A DNA stretch of 64,000 nucleotides from a bacterium. Its GTDB lineage: Bacteria > Patescibacteriota > Microgenomatia > Daviesbacterales > UBA10151. The stretch covers positions 1 to 64,000 of the forward strand of contig JAJYNW010000018.1 in the NCBI GenBank assembly GCA_021786105.1, given 5' to 3'. The translations under genes were made by a program, and so were the position numbers. Under the pieces are notes generated by a model. That model saw nothing but the letters and a program-made list of their open reading frames with translations, had not been told where the DNA came from and did not search any database. This document shows, in pieces, positions 10,136 to 19,466 of this stretch. Position 1 is the first letter of the stretch. Each line of letters begins with the position of its first letter.

Positions 10136-10785
10136 ATACAAAAAGGACAAACTTTAATTTTCCTTTTAGCAGGAGTGCTGGTTATTGCTGCAATTGCCGG
10201 AGCATTTTACTTGGGCAAATCAACCCTTCGCCAAAATTCCTCTGGGCAAGCTACCCCTACTTCTCCAACCCCAGTTACCACTCCAAAACCCCCACAACCA
10301 ACTTTAGCTTCCAGTTCTAGCCCTGCACCAACTAATCCTGATGAGTCTGCCAATTGGAAAACCTATACAAATGATATTTTTTCTTTTCAATATCCTAATA
10401 ACTGGTATGTTAATAAATATTTAGGATCATCAAACTTTGCTTATTTTGTTCAGGTAAGTGACGTTGAGAGTTCATATACTTCTATTCAAGGTATGAGTGA
10501 TACGCATACAGGATAGATATAGGTAACAATGCTAATCCTATACCATCAAGCTTTCCTTATACTAATGACTCATCTACAAATAATACTATTAAACCATTTA
10601 ACATAAATACATTAAGTGGAATAAGGGGACAAGAAACTAGCGAAGCAGGACTCATTGATGCTGTTTATTTACAAAATCCTAAAGGTGGATACGTTTTTTT
10701 ACAATTAACTCTCCTTACTAATAATAAAGAAGCTTCAGAAGAAATATTTAATAAACTACTTTCCACCTTTAAATTTACCCAATAA
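10136..10785 (+). pseudogene. Frameshifted CPR surface protein (prepilin-like N-terminus, PsbP-like C-terminus)
   Basis: In-frame ATA-QKGQTLIFLLAGVLVIAA (likely lost ATG); first frame stops at 10516; a second frame continues RIDIGNN...EIFNKLLSTFKFTQ* to 10785. Confidence 0.75.
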
Positions 10786-10821
10786 ATACAAAATATACAA
10801 CGATCGTCGTATATTTTGTAT
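10786..10821. terminator. Long hairpin between convergent genes
   Basis: ATACAAAATATAC...GTATATTTTGTAT inverted repeat. Confidence 0.55.
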
Positions 10822-10865
10822 AAAGTTTAAGCTTACATCTCAGAGGTATAAAGCTAAATTCTGAT

Positions 10866-12089
10866 TTATTCATTAATCCGGTAATTACGGAATTTGGGAC
10901 TAAGAAAAGCAATCACCGAAGTAATTAAGACTGTCCCCATTCCGCCCAATACCACCGACACCGGCCCACCCACTAATGACGCCAAAAATCCAGCCTCAAT
11001 ATCCCCCAGCTGCGGCCCGCCCTGGAAGAAAATTCTCATGATTGAGGACATTCTGCCACGTAAGTGGTCCGGGGTAATCATCTGTCTGATAGTATTTCTT
11101 ATGGTGGCCGAAATCATGTCCCAAAAGCCTACCAAGGCCAAAAAAGTTATAGAAATAAAGAAATTTTTAGACAAACCAAACCCAATAGTAGATATTCCAT
11201 AAAAAATCACTGCCAGAATAATTATTTTGCCCTGATTCCTGATATGGTTATGCAAAAAGGCAATCAATATTCCGGCCACCACGGCCCCAATAGCCGGGGC
11301 CGAATACAAGAATCCGAGTCCTTGCGGGCCTACATGCAAAATATCCTGGGCAAATACTGGCATTAAAATCGTGGCTGTGCCAAAAAAAGTAGCCAAAAAG
11401 TCTAAAATCATGGTGGAATAAAGAATCGGAGTTGTCAAAACAAAATGAAGACCGTGCCGGATTGAATCCAAATTAAACTCCACTTCAATGTTTGAAGTAT
11501 TAACCGGAATTTTAATTGACAACAAACTAATGATAAAAAACAAAAAAGACACCACATTAAACAGGTAAACCGCCTGCACTCCCCAACCACCAATTAGAAA
11601 TCCTCCAATAGCCGGGCCAATCAAGGTAGCTGACTGGAATTGTAGAGACTGCAAAGACACGGCATTCAAAAGAAAATGTTTTGGCACTAAATTAGGCAGC
11701 ACAGCCTGTCTAGCCGGCAAAGAAAATGAAGAAGCAGTGGAATGAAACACCAGAATTAAATAAATCATCCAGGGATTAATCAGATGAAGAATAGTTAAAA
11801 TAAATAAAGTCAAAGCCGCAATGGCCAAAGAGCTTTGACTGATCAGCAGCAATTTTCTTCTATTGAGCTTATCAGCAGCCAATCCGCCGATTAAAGAAAA
11901 CACCAGTATTGGCAAAAAATTGGCAAGACCAATCAAGCCTAGAGAAGCGGGGTTACGAGTCAACTCGTATACCTGCCACGCCACACCCACTGTTTGCATT
12001 TGGTTGCCGATTTCGGAAATAAAAGATCCAGCCAAAAAATTTCTAAAAGTTGGCACTTTAAGGGATTGAAGGGGTGAAATCTTCGTCAT
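10866..12089 (-). CDS. MFS transporter (EntS/H+ antiporter-like)
   Basis: About 12 TM; GLAADKLNRRKLL motif A; TPDHLRGRMSS. Confidence 0.92.
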   Translation of the reverse strand: MTKISPLQSLKVPTFRNFLAGSFISEIGNQMQTVGVAWQVYELTRNPASLGLIGLANFLPILVFSLIGGLAADKLNRRKLLLISQSSLAIAALTLFILTILHLINPWMIYLILVFHSTASSFSLPARQAVLPNLVPKHFLLNAVSLQSLQFQSATLIGPAIGGFLIGGWGVQAVYLFNVVSFLFFIISLLSIKIPVNTSNIEVEFNLDSIRHGLHFVLTTPILYSTMILDFLATFFGTATILMPVFAQDILHVGPQGLGFLYSAPAIGAVVAGILIAFLHNHIRNQGKIIILAVIFYGISTIGFGLSKNFFISITFLALVGFWDMISATIRNTIRQMITPDHLRGRMSSIMRIFFQGGPQLGDIEAGFLASLVGGPVSVVLGGMGTVLITSVIAFLSPKFRNYRINE

Positions 12090-12121
12090 ATGAATGTAAT
12101 ATTTTAGTATAAGGGTATAAT

Positions 12122-12871
12122 ATGCCCAGTTCAATGAAGACATTGCTTGTTGGTAAAAATTCCAAAGATATCGCCGGGTTGGTCAAACAGCTTGGTTTTC
12201 AAATCGTCACAGAGCATCCCGACGTCATTATTAGCTACGGCGGAGACGGGACTTTGCTTTATGCAGAAAGAATGCACCCCGGAGCCCCTAAACTACCAAT
12301 CAGGGATAGCTCTGTTTGTAAAAAATGCCCCCAACACGGCGAAAAAGTTTTGCTGGAAAAATTACTGGCTGGCAAGTTACAACTCAAAGAATATAGAAAA
12401 CTGGAAACCACTATTTTATATCAGACATTTTATGCTTTAAATGACTCTGTCATCCGCAATCTGCACCCTATGCACACAATCCGTTTTAAGGTGACGAGTT
12501 CAACGAGTCATCCCGGACTTGATCCGGGATCCATAAATAATAAATTACTAATTGGGGATGGTATCGTAGTAGCTACTCCTTTTGGTTCCACCGGTTATTT
12601 TCATAGCATTACCAGGAAGTCTTTTGAACAAGGTTTTGGGGTGGCTTTTAATAATACTACGGAAAAAGTTGACCCGCTTTTTTTAAAGGACGAAGATGAA
12701 GTAACTTTCAAATTAATCAGAGGCAATGCTACCTTATCTTTTGACAATAATCCTGACTTATTTAATATTGATGCAGGTTCGGAGATTACTTTTAAATTAT
12801 CAAACCAGGTGGCCAAAATTTACGAGCTGGAATCCCTTAGGTGTCCTGATTGCGAGGTTACAAGAGGTTAA
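12122..12871 (+). CDS. nadK: NAD(+) kinase
   Basis: GGDGTLL, ALND and GDGIVVATPFGSTGY motifs; start may be ATG 12134. Confidence 0.88.
   Translation: MPSSMKTLLVGKNSKDIAGLVKQLGFQIVTEHPDVIISYGGDGTLLYAERMHPGAPKLPIRDSSVCKKCPQHGEKVLLEKLLAGKLQLKEYRKLETTILYQTFYALNDSVIRNLHPMHTIRFKVTSSTSHPGLDPGSINNKLLIGDGIVVATPFGSTGYFHSITRKSFEQGFGVAFNNTTEKVDPLFLKDEDEVTFKLIRGNATLSFDNNPDLFNIDAGSEITFKLSNQVAKIYELESLRCPDCEVTRG
12507..12533. repeat. GTCA-tagged palindromic element inserted in frame in nadK
   Basis: GTCATCCCGGACTTGATCCGGGATCCA, translated as SHPGLDPGS. Confidence 0.75.
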
Positions 12872-13842
12872 TTTACCGTTGATTCTAAAAAGTTCAATTC
12901 TTTTTTAGCAGTATCAAAAGCAACTTTAATCCCCACCGGCATGGGGATATTAACCGTAAAATGACCAAAATCCAAATTAGCCATAATGGGGAATTTATAA
13001 TCTTTCAAAATATCCAAAACCATCTCCTTCAAGGTTGGTTCCACAATCTCTTTTTCCCTGGCAGGTTTAATGTAAGTTATTTTTCCAATCAATAGCCCGG
13101 AAATTTGCTCAAAAATCCCTAAATATTTTAGTTGTGTTAAATACCTGGCAATATCATGTAAAGATTCCCCTACTTCTTCAAAATATAAAATAGCTCCTTT
13201 AAAAACTTCCTTAGGCGGAAAATATTCTGTTCCTGCAAGCTGACACATCAAGTGTAAGTTCCCCCCCACCAAAATCCCGTCGGCCTTCCCTTTTTGCCAC
13301 TCTTCCCAGTCTGTTAAAGGACTGACGATGCTTGCCGGCTTTGCCTTAGTTAAAAATTTCATAAATACTTCTGTATCGAATTCTCCCAAATGTTCCTCTC
13401 TCTCGCTCCAGGGATGGCCCAATCCAAAGGTCACATCGTCCATATGAAATCCGACCAATCCTGTTTTGGCAAACAAAGCCAAATGGAAATTGGTCACATC
13501 ACTCATACCAATAAAAGGTTTTGGGTTTTTGGTTATCAGTTTATAATCTAAATACTCCAAAACAGTGATCGCCGAATAACCGCCGGTTTGCGCCATAATA
13601 GCTTTTATATTTTTATCAGCAAACATGGAGTTGATATCCTCTGCCACTTCTTTGGGCGTCCCAGCTGTCCACCACCTGGCTTTCCCGATAGTTTTCCCCT
13701 CTCTAATCTTAAAGCCCAAATCAGTCAGGATCTTTTTCCCTCTTTCATAATTTTCTTGAAATGAAGGCAGAACCGGCAAAGACGAGGCTACAATGCCAAT
13801 AGTATCTCCAATATTCAATTTTTTCGGTTTGATTATTTTCAT
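12868..13842 (-). CDS. LD-carboxypeptidase (peptidase S66, MccF-like)
   Basis: GDTIGIVASS, GGYSA, PKPFIGMSDVT, GGNL, LYFEEV and DFGH motifs. Confidence 0.93.
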   Translation of the reverse strand: MKIIKPKKLNIGDTIGIVASSLPVLPSFQENYERGKKILTDLGFKIREGKTIGKARWWTAGTPKEVAEDINSMFADKNIKAIMAQTGGYSAITVLEYLDYKLITKNPKPFIGMSDVTNFHLALFAKTGLVGFHMDDVTFGLGHPWSEREEHLGEFDTEVFMKFLTKAKPASIVSPLTDWEEWQKGKADGILVGGNLHLMCQLAGTEYFPPKEVFKGAILYFEEVGESLHDIARYLTQLKYLGIFEQISGLLIGKITYIKPAREKEIVEPTLKEMVLDILKDYKFPIMANLDFGHFTVNIPMPVGIKVAFDTAKKELNFLESTVN

Positions 13843-13860
13843 AAAAACATTATATAAAAA

Positions 13861-14373
13861 TTAATGCTTCAAAGCCTTTTCAACCATTTCGTCTATTAAA
13901 GGGCTTTTTATTTTTATATACACTTCCCTATTCTCATTTGCTTTTTCAGCAGCAATTTTCTTGATCTCTGAATATTTTTTCACTTCTTCAGGATGTGTCC
14001 GTAAATAACCTCTGAAAACAATTACATTATCCCACTCTTGGCTTTCTTTGAAAGTCAAATGCACATGGTATATCCTAAGTTTTTTATTCTCGTCTTTCAA
14101 TGATATTTTGTGGAATAATCGTTCAGCTGACCCACCTTTAGGACCAAATTCATAACCTATTTCTTGTATTTTTTTGGATACAGCCTTTAAGTTCTTTTTA
14201 TTGGTAGCAATACAAATGTCGATTATGCCTTTACCGCCTAAACCCGGTACTGATGTACTGCCAATATGCTCAATTAAATCATTCTCCCCTAAAATTTTTC
14301 TGATTCGGTTTTTTTCTAATTCAAAAAGCTTTGGGAAGGCTGGATCATAAGGCTTAAAAATATATTTTTTCAT
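13861..14373 (-). CDS. GrpB-family protein
   Basis: YDPAFP..FE.E, IEHIGSTSVPGL.GK.IIDI and FRGYLR.HP..Y..IK motifs. Confidence 0.9.
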   Translation of the reverse strand: MKKYIFKPYDPAFPKLFELEKNRIRKILGENDLIEHIGSTSVPGLGGKGIIDICIATNKKNLKAVSKKIQEIGYEFGPKGGSAERLFHKISLKDENKKLRIYHVHLTFKESQEWDNVIVFRGYLRTHPEEVKKYSEIKKIAAEKANENREVYIKIKSPLIDEMVEKALKH

Positions 14374-16163
14374 CAGCTTTTCAAGATGCTTAAAAATGCT
14401 TCTTGGGGGATTTCGACTCGGCCGATCATTTTCATTTTCTTTTTACCCTTTTTTTGTTTTTCCAATAATTTATCTTTTCTGGTTCTATCCCCACCGTAAA
14501 GCTTAGCAGTAACATCTTTTCTAAAAGGAGAGACTGTTTCCCTGGCAATAATTGTCCCTCCAATGGCGGCCTGGATAGCTATCACAAAATTTTGTCTGGG
14601 CAAAACTTCTTTTAATTTTTCCACCATATTCCTGCCAAACGAAGCAGCTTTCGGCCGAAAAACTATGGTAGAAAGCGCATCCACTTTTTCACCGGAAACC
14701 ATAATATCCACCCTGACTGCATCTGTTTCCCGAAAATCTATTAATTCCCAGTCAAGTGAAGCAAAACCTGAAGACACTGATTTTAATTTGTCATAAAAAT
14801 TAGCCACCATTTCCGAAAGCGGCATTTCATAAGTCATTTCCACTGCCACCCCAAAATGCTGCATATTTAAAAACTTACCCCGCTTTTCCTGTACTAATTC
14901 CATCACCGGACCAATATAAGTTTGCGGCACAAAAATCCGCAGCTTTACCCAAGGTTCTTTTAACCCCTTAATATTCTCTCCCTGAGGCAATTCGCTGGGC
15001 GAAGTAATCGGTTCCTCATTTAACAGATACTCCACCGAGGGAGCGGTAGCCAACAAATCCACATTAAACTCCCCGGACAATCTTTCCTGCACCACTTCTG
15101 CATGCAAAAGTCCCAAAAACCCGCACCGAAAACCCGCCCCTAAAGCATCGGAGTGCTCAGGGATATAGGAAAAAGCCGGGTCAGTCAATCTAAATTTTGC
15201 CAAAGCTTCTTTTAGTTCAAAATATTCATCAGCATCAATCGGGAAAAGCCCCACAAAAACCATTGGTTTAACCTCCTTGTAACCTGGCAATTGCTCGGCA
15301 TTAAAATCAGCAGCGATTGTATCACCTACCCGCACTAAATCCGGTTCTTTAATACCGGTAGCAATATAACCAATCTCCCCGGCTTTTAACCCTTCATTCG
15401 GCACCAGCTGTGGGGCAAAAAAGCCAGTTTCTAAGACATGACCAGCGGCCTGAGTTTGGAGAAAATAAATAGGAGTGTTAACTGGAGGAGTCTGCCCATC
15501 AATGATCCTTACCTCCGCCACCACCCCTTTAAACAGGTCATAAAAAGAATCAAAAATCAGCCCCCGAAACTTCCACCTCGGGGGTGGAATTGTAGCTGCA
15601 CCTCGGGATTTTGGGGCGGGAATACGCTCAACTATAGCCTTTAAAAGTTCTTCCACCCCCTCCCCGGTTTTGCCGGATACCAGCAATATTTCTTCCTCGG
15701 AAAAGCCAAAAGTATCAACCAGCTGTTTTTTAACCCCCTCAACATCCGCATTCGGCAGATCGATTTTGTTAATCACTGGAATCAAAGTCAGATTTTGTTC
15801 TAAAGCAGCCAGACCGTGGGCCAAAGTCTGGGCTTGAATTCCTTGGGTAGCATCCACCAGCAAAACCGCTCCTTCCACTGCGGCCAGCGCCCGGGAGACT
15901 TCATAGGAAAAATCCACATGGCCCGGAGTATCAATCAGGTTTAGAGTATATTCCACGCCTTGATGGTTATATTTCAACCTTACAGGAGCCAATTTAATAG
16001 TAATCCCCCGCTCCCGCTCCAAAGCCAAAGAATCCAGCAGTTGCGGCTGCAATTTATCTTTCAGCACGGTACCAGTTATTTCCATTAGCCTGTCTGCCAA
16101 AGTTGATTTCCCATGGTCTATGTGGGCCACTATAGTCAGATTACGAATATTAGATTGTTGCAT
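14373..16163 (-). CDS. lepA: Elongation factor 4 (LepA) with a non-canonical N-terminus
   Basis: AHIDHGKSTLADR, ERERGITIK, LIDTPGHVDF, GFRCGFLGLLH and KDVTAKLYGGD..RK.KLLEKQK motifs. Confidence 0.98.
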   Translation of the reverse strand: MQQSNIRNLTIVAHIDHGKSTLADRLMEITGTVLKDKLQPQLLDSLALERERGITIKLAPVRLKYNHQGVEYTLNLIDTPGHVDFSYEVSRALAAVEGAVLLVDATQGIQAQTLAHGLAALEQNLTLIPVINKIDLPNADVEGVKKQLVDTFGFSEEEILLVSGKTGEGVEELLKAIVERIPAPKSRGAATIPPPRWKFRGLIFDSFYDLFKGVVAEVRIIDGQTPPVNTPIYFLQTQAAGHVLETGFFAPQLVPNEGLKAGEIGYIATGIKEPDLVRVGDTIAADFNAEQLPGYKEVKPMVFVGLFPIDADEYFELKEALAKFRLTDPAFSYIPEHSDALGAGFRCGFLGLLHAEVVQERLSGEFNVDLLATAPSVEYLLNEEPITSPSELPQGENIKGLKEPWVKLRIFVPQTYIGPVMELVQEKRGKFLNMQHFGVAVEMTYEMPLSEMVANFYDKLKSVSSGFASLDWELIDFRETDAVRVDIMVSGEKVDALSTIVFRPKAASFGRNMVEKLKEVLPRQNFVIAIQAAIGGTIIARETVSPFRKDVTAKLYGGDRTRKDKLLEKQKKGKKKMKMIGRVEIPQEAFLSILKS

Positions 16164-16992
16164 ATTTTACACTCCCCTTCTCTATTCTGGCCTTAATGTT
16201 ATCTTCGCAAATAATCATACATTGCATTCTACCCTTATGTGTAATAAAAGGCTTTATTTTATTTATAAATTTAAGCAGTGAAATTGCTTGATTAACATTA
16301 ATTCTCCATAAATCCTTTTTGAATCTTGAACCATCCGCAGCTAATGCTCCTCTTTTAGAGATACATCTAGCTCGAGCTAAAATACCACAATTAGTCAATC
16401 TGCTTACCATCCAAGTAATAATATCTTTATCATAAGAATCAATTTTGAATCTTGCTCTCTTTTGGTTTAAGATAAAGTTCCCCTCTGCATCGGTATATCC
16501 TGCTATAAATGCCGCAATAAGCTGATCGTCAGCATCAATCCATTTAGGTACTTTTTTATGTTTAGGTATTAAAAAATCAAAAGATTTATTCAGATGACAA
16601 TTAACACTAACCCTATCTTTACCTTTAGATACAGTTACTTGACCATATTTAGAAAACATATTTTTCATCAAATTGATTTGAGCTTCTTGTGTTGTATTAC
16701 ACCTAGCCACTATTAAATCTGATAGCGCACTTGTTTGATACACATTTAAATCTCCTAACCTAAACCCAATCATATAAGCCTTTTCTGCTAAATTATCCGA
16801 AAAATCATACTTCCTGTATCTCATTCTTGCTTCAGAGGACGATCTTTTCGGTATACCATACTCCCGCATTCTCGTCCTAACAGTTACCGCATCACATTTA
16901 TAAAGTTTGCCTATTTTCAAAGGAGATAGATATTTTTTCCAATATAGCTGCTCAAGCTCCTCCGGAGGTATAAAGACTTTAGCTCTCGGCAT
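16150..16992 (-). mobile_element. Free-standing double-motif LAGLIDADG homing endonuclease with N-terminal HTH
   Basis: AYMIGFRLGDLN and AAFIAGYTDAEGNF helices; HTH-like LYWKKYLSPLKIGKLYKC..VTVRTRMREYGI; visibly AT-richer than lepA; overlaps lepA by 14 nt. Confidence 0.88.
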
Positions 16993-17020
16993 TAATTAAT
17001 TATATCTAATTAAACTCAAG

Positions 17021-17053
17021 TTATGCAATAATAGAAAAATTTCTTATGTTCAT
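17021..17053 (-). pseudogene. lepA: Displaced original 5' end of lepA (MNIRNFSIIA*)
   Basis: ATG AAC ATA AGA AAT TTT TCT ATT ATT GCA TAA encodes the canonical LepA start NIRNFSIIA, stopping exactly before HIDHGKST; TAAAAT 7 nt upstream. Confidence 0.88.
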
Positions 17054-17097
17054 GGAGCATATTTTAACAGGTTATCATCCTGAATTCAGCCAAAAGA

Positions 17098-17331
17098 CTA
17101 CCTAGTGAAAACAGAAGTTAACTGATAAGTTAATTTTATCTGAATAAGCAATAAGATAAAAATAATAACTAGAAGGAGTAACGCTAATTTCAACCAATGA
17201 AATCTCTTCTGCTTGATATCCATAATAGCTCCGAGCAATATGGCAACGAAACTAGCTGGTAATCCAAAAGAAGTAATATAATTTAAAATCCGGATGGTAA
17301 TAAAAAGATAATCCATAAATTTTCTAAACAC
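17098..17331 (-). CDS. Small membrane protein (2 TM)
   Basis: Hydrophobic 77-aa ORF overlapping the murJ stop. Confidence 0.55.
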   Translation of the reverse strand: MFRKFMDYLFITIRILNYITSFGLPASFVAILLGAIMDIKQKRFHWLKLALLLLVIIFILLLIQIKLTYQLTSVFTR

Positions 17332-18958
17332 TTTCCGGCAGGATCTCTTTGGATTTTAATTTCTCCTGGAACCTGCCCATTCTCTTTAAAAGCTCAATGT
17401 AAGTATCCAGCTCCCTAACCTGCAAAAACCTTACCAAAATTACATACACCGTTAAAGCAAACATGGAGGATAGCCCAGTCAGAGCCAGCAAGTTTACAGT
17501 TCTGGTAGTATCAAAGATCACCTGGTCCAAAAGTTTAATGGGAATATATAGGAAAACTCCCATAATTATTGCTGACATCAGCATTTTCAAGAAGGGAATA
17601 ATTGCTGCCTTTAGGTCAAATTTACCCACCCTTAAATGCAGCATCCAAAACAGCAGTATGGCCGAAATAATCGCGGCAATAGAATTAGCCAGGCCAATAC
17701 TCCAAACATCAAACTTTAAAATCATAATCAGATACAAGCTGAGGACAATATTTAATACCACCACAATCAAAGATACTATCACCGGCGTCTTGGTATCCTT
17801 AAGCGCATAAAAACCCCTGACAAAAAGCAGGGAAACCGCCTGGGCAGACAGTCCGATAGCCAGGTAGGCCAAGGTGGCACCGGTTAAAACGGTGGCCTGC
17901 CAGTTAAATTGGGAGGCACCAAAAACTAACCTGACCACCGGCACCCTGATCACAATCAAAATGGCAATGGCCGGCAGCGTCAGAAACAGAATTTGGTGCA
18001 TGGTGGTCAGGATGGTAACTTTAAATTCTTCCATCTTGCCCCGGGCTTTTTCCGACGATAAAACCGGCAAAGCTGCCTGGGCCAAAGTCGCCCCGAAAAG
18101 TCCAATTGGCACAACTTGCAGGTGTTGAGCAAAAGTTAAATATGTCACAGACCCCACAGATGCCAAAGTGGCTAAAGCCAGTCCTACTTTCTCATTGATT
18201 TGTTCAGCAGCCAACCCAATGGTCCTAACACTCATCAGCTGCATAATCTCTTTTACTCCGGGGTTGAAAAACTTCGGCGGGAATTTGAATCTAAAACCCA
18301 TGGACCGGACCAGCGGTAATTGTATTGCAGCATGTAAAAATGCCCCTATCACTACCCCATATGCCGCACCCATCACCCCAAAACTCTTAGAAAGGAAAAC
18401 AATCCCCACAATAATTCCCAAATTGTAAAATACCGGCGCCAGAGACGGGATAATAAACCTTTGAAAAGATTGCGAAATACCGATAAAAAAGGATCCAATC
18501 ACCAAAATCACCTGGCCAAAAAGAATTACTCTTGCCAGCTCTACGACCTGTGATTGTCTAACCGGGGTAAACCCGGGTGCTATAAAACTGGAAATAAGTG
18601 GCTGGGCAAAAATAAAAATTAAGACCGTAACTACAATAAAGATTGCCAAAGACACATTCAAAACTGCCCGCGCCATCTCAAAAGCATCCTCTTTGCCTTT
18701 ATTTTCCAAATGCTCTGTAAATACAGGGATGAAAGCCACAGACAAGGCGCCTAAAATGATTATTTGAAATATTAAATCCGGTAATGCAAATGCAGCCCAA
18801 AAAATATCGATTTTTTCCGGCAAGAACACATGAGCCAGCAACCGGTCTCTAACCAAACCTAACACCTTGGAAAGCATCATGGTGGCCATGATGATCGAAG
18901 CAGCTGACAATATCGATGTTTGTCTTGAATAAAGAAGGGAGAATAAATTCTTAACCAT
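17324..18958 (-). CDS. murJ: Lipid II flippase MurJ (MviN)
   Basis: SKVLGLVRD, AF.LPDL, GALSVAFIPVF and RGFYALKDTKTP motifs. Confidence 0.95.
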   Translation of the reverse strand: MVKNLFSLLYSRQTSILSAASIIMATMMLSKVLGLVRDRLLAHVFLPEKIDIFWAAFALPDLIFQIIILGALSVAFIPVFTEHLENKGKEDAFEMARAVLNVSLAIFIVVTVLIFIFAQPLISSFIAPGFTPVRQSQVVELARVILFGQVILVIGSFFIGISQSFQRFIIPSLAPVFYNLGIIVGIVFLSKSFGVMGAAYGVVIGAFLHAAIQLPLVRSMGFRFKFPPKFFNPGVKEIMQLMSVRTIGLAAEQINEKVGLALATLASVGSVTYLTFAQHLQVVPIGLFGATLAQAALPVLSSEKARGKMEEFKVTILTTMHQILFLTLPAIAILIVIRVPVVRLVFGASQFNWQATVLTGATLAYLAIGLSAQAVSLLFVRGFYALKDTKTPVIVSLIVVVLNIVLSLYLIMILKFDVWSIGLANSIAAIISAILLFWMLHLRVGKFDLKAAIIPFLKMLMSAIIMGVFLYIPIKLLDQVIFDTTRTVNLLALTGLSSMFALTVYVILVRFLQVRELDTYIELLKRMGRFQEKLKSKEILPESV

Positions 18959-19110
18959 ATTCTTCTGGACTAATTTGGTACGTATCTTTGGACTTTTATT
19001 TAGCATTATCTGCCAAATTGTCCACTACGACCATTAGTTGTTATCTAACCTCAAATAATTATAGTAGATAAACTTGCTTTGCAATAGGGGCATATGATAA
19101 CATAACCGCC

Positions 19111-19422
19111 ATGCCTATCATAAAATCTGCAATTAAAAAAGTCAGGAAAGATAAAGTCAGAACAGCCCGCAATAAAAAGCGGGAAAATACTTTGAAGTCT
19201 TTAGTCAAAAAAGCTAGAGTCACCAAGACTGCTAAAGATTTACAAGCAGCATTCTCAGCTTTAGACAAAGCTGCCAAAGTTAAGCTGATTCACCCCAATA
19301 AGGCTGCTCGATTGAAATCAAGACTGTCGAAATCAATGTCGCAGCCTTATTCCGCAAGCGAAAGTAAAGCTGCTAGGTTAAAATCAAGATTATCCAAAGG
19401 TGTTAGTAGTATTAAAAAATAA
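19111..19422 (+). CDS. rpsT: 30S ribosomal protein S20 with duplicated C-terminal helix
   Basis: MPIIKSAIKKVR, LDKAAK..LIHPNKAARLKSRL; KAARLKSRLSK occurs twice. Confidence 0.95.
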   Translation: MPIIKSAIKKVRKDKVRTARNKKRENTLKSLVKKARVTKTAKDLQAAFSALDKAAKVKLIHPNKAARLKSRLSKSMSQPYSASESKAARLKSRLSKGVSSIKK

Positions 19423-19466
19423 CTAACCCCTATCCCCTAAACCCTAGACCCTAGTATAATGAATTT

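Noticed and set aside
16150-17020. Group I intron or intein in lepA
   Set aside because: Only 28 non-coding nt flank the endonuclease, too few for an intron core. There is no in-frame fusion or intein terminal motif, and lepA has its own complete start downstream.
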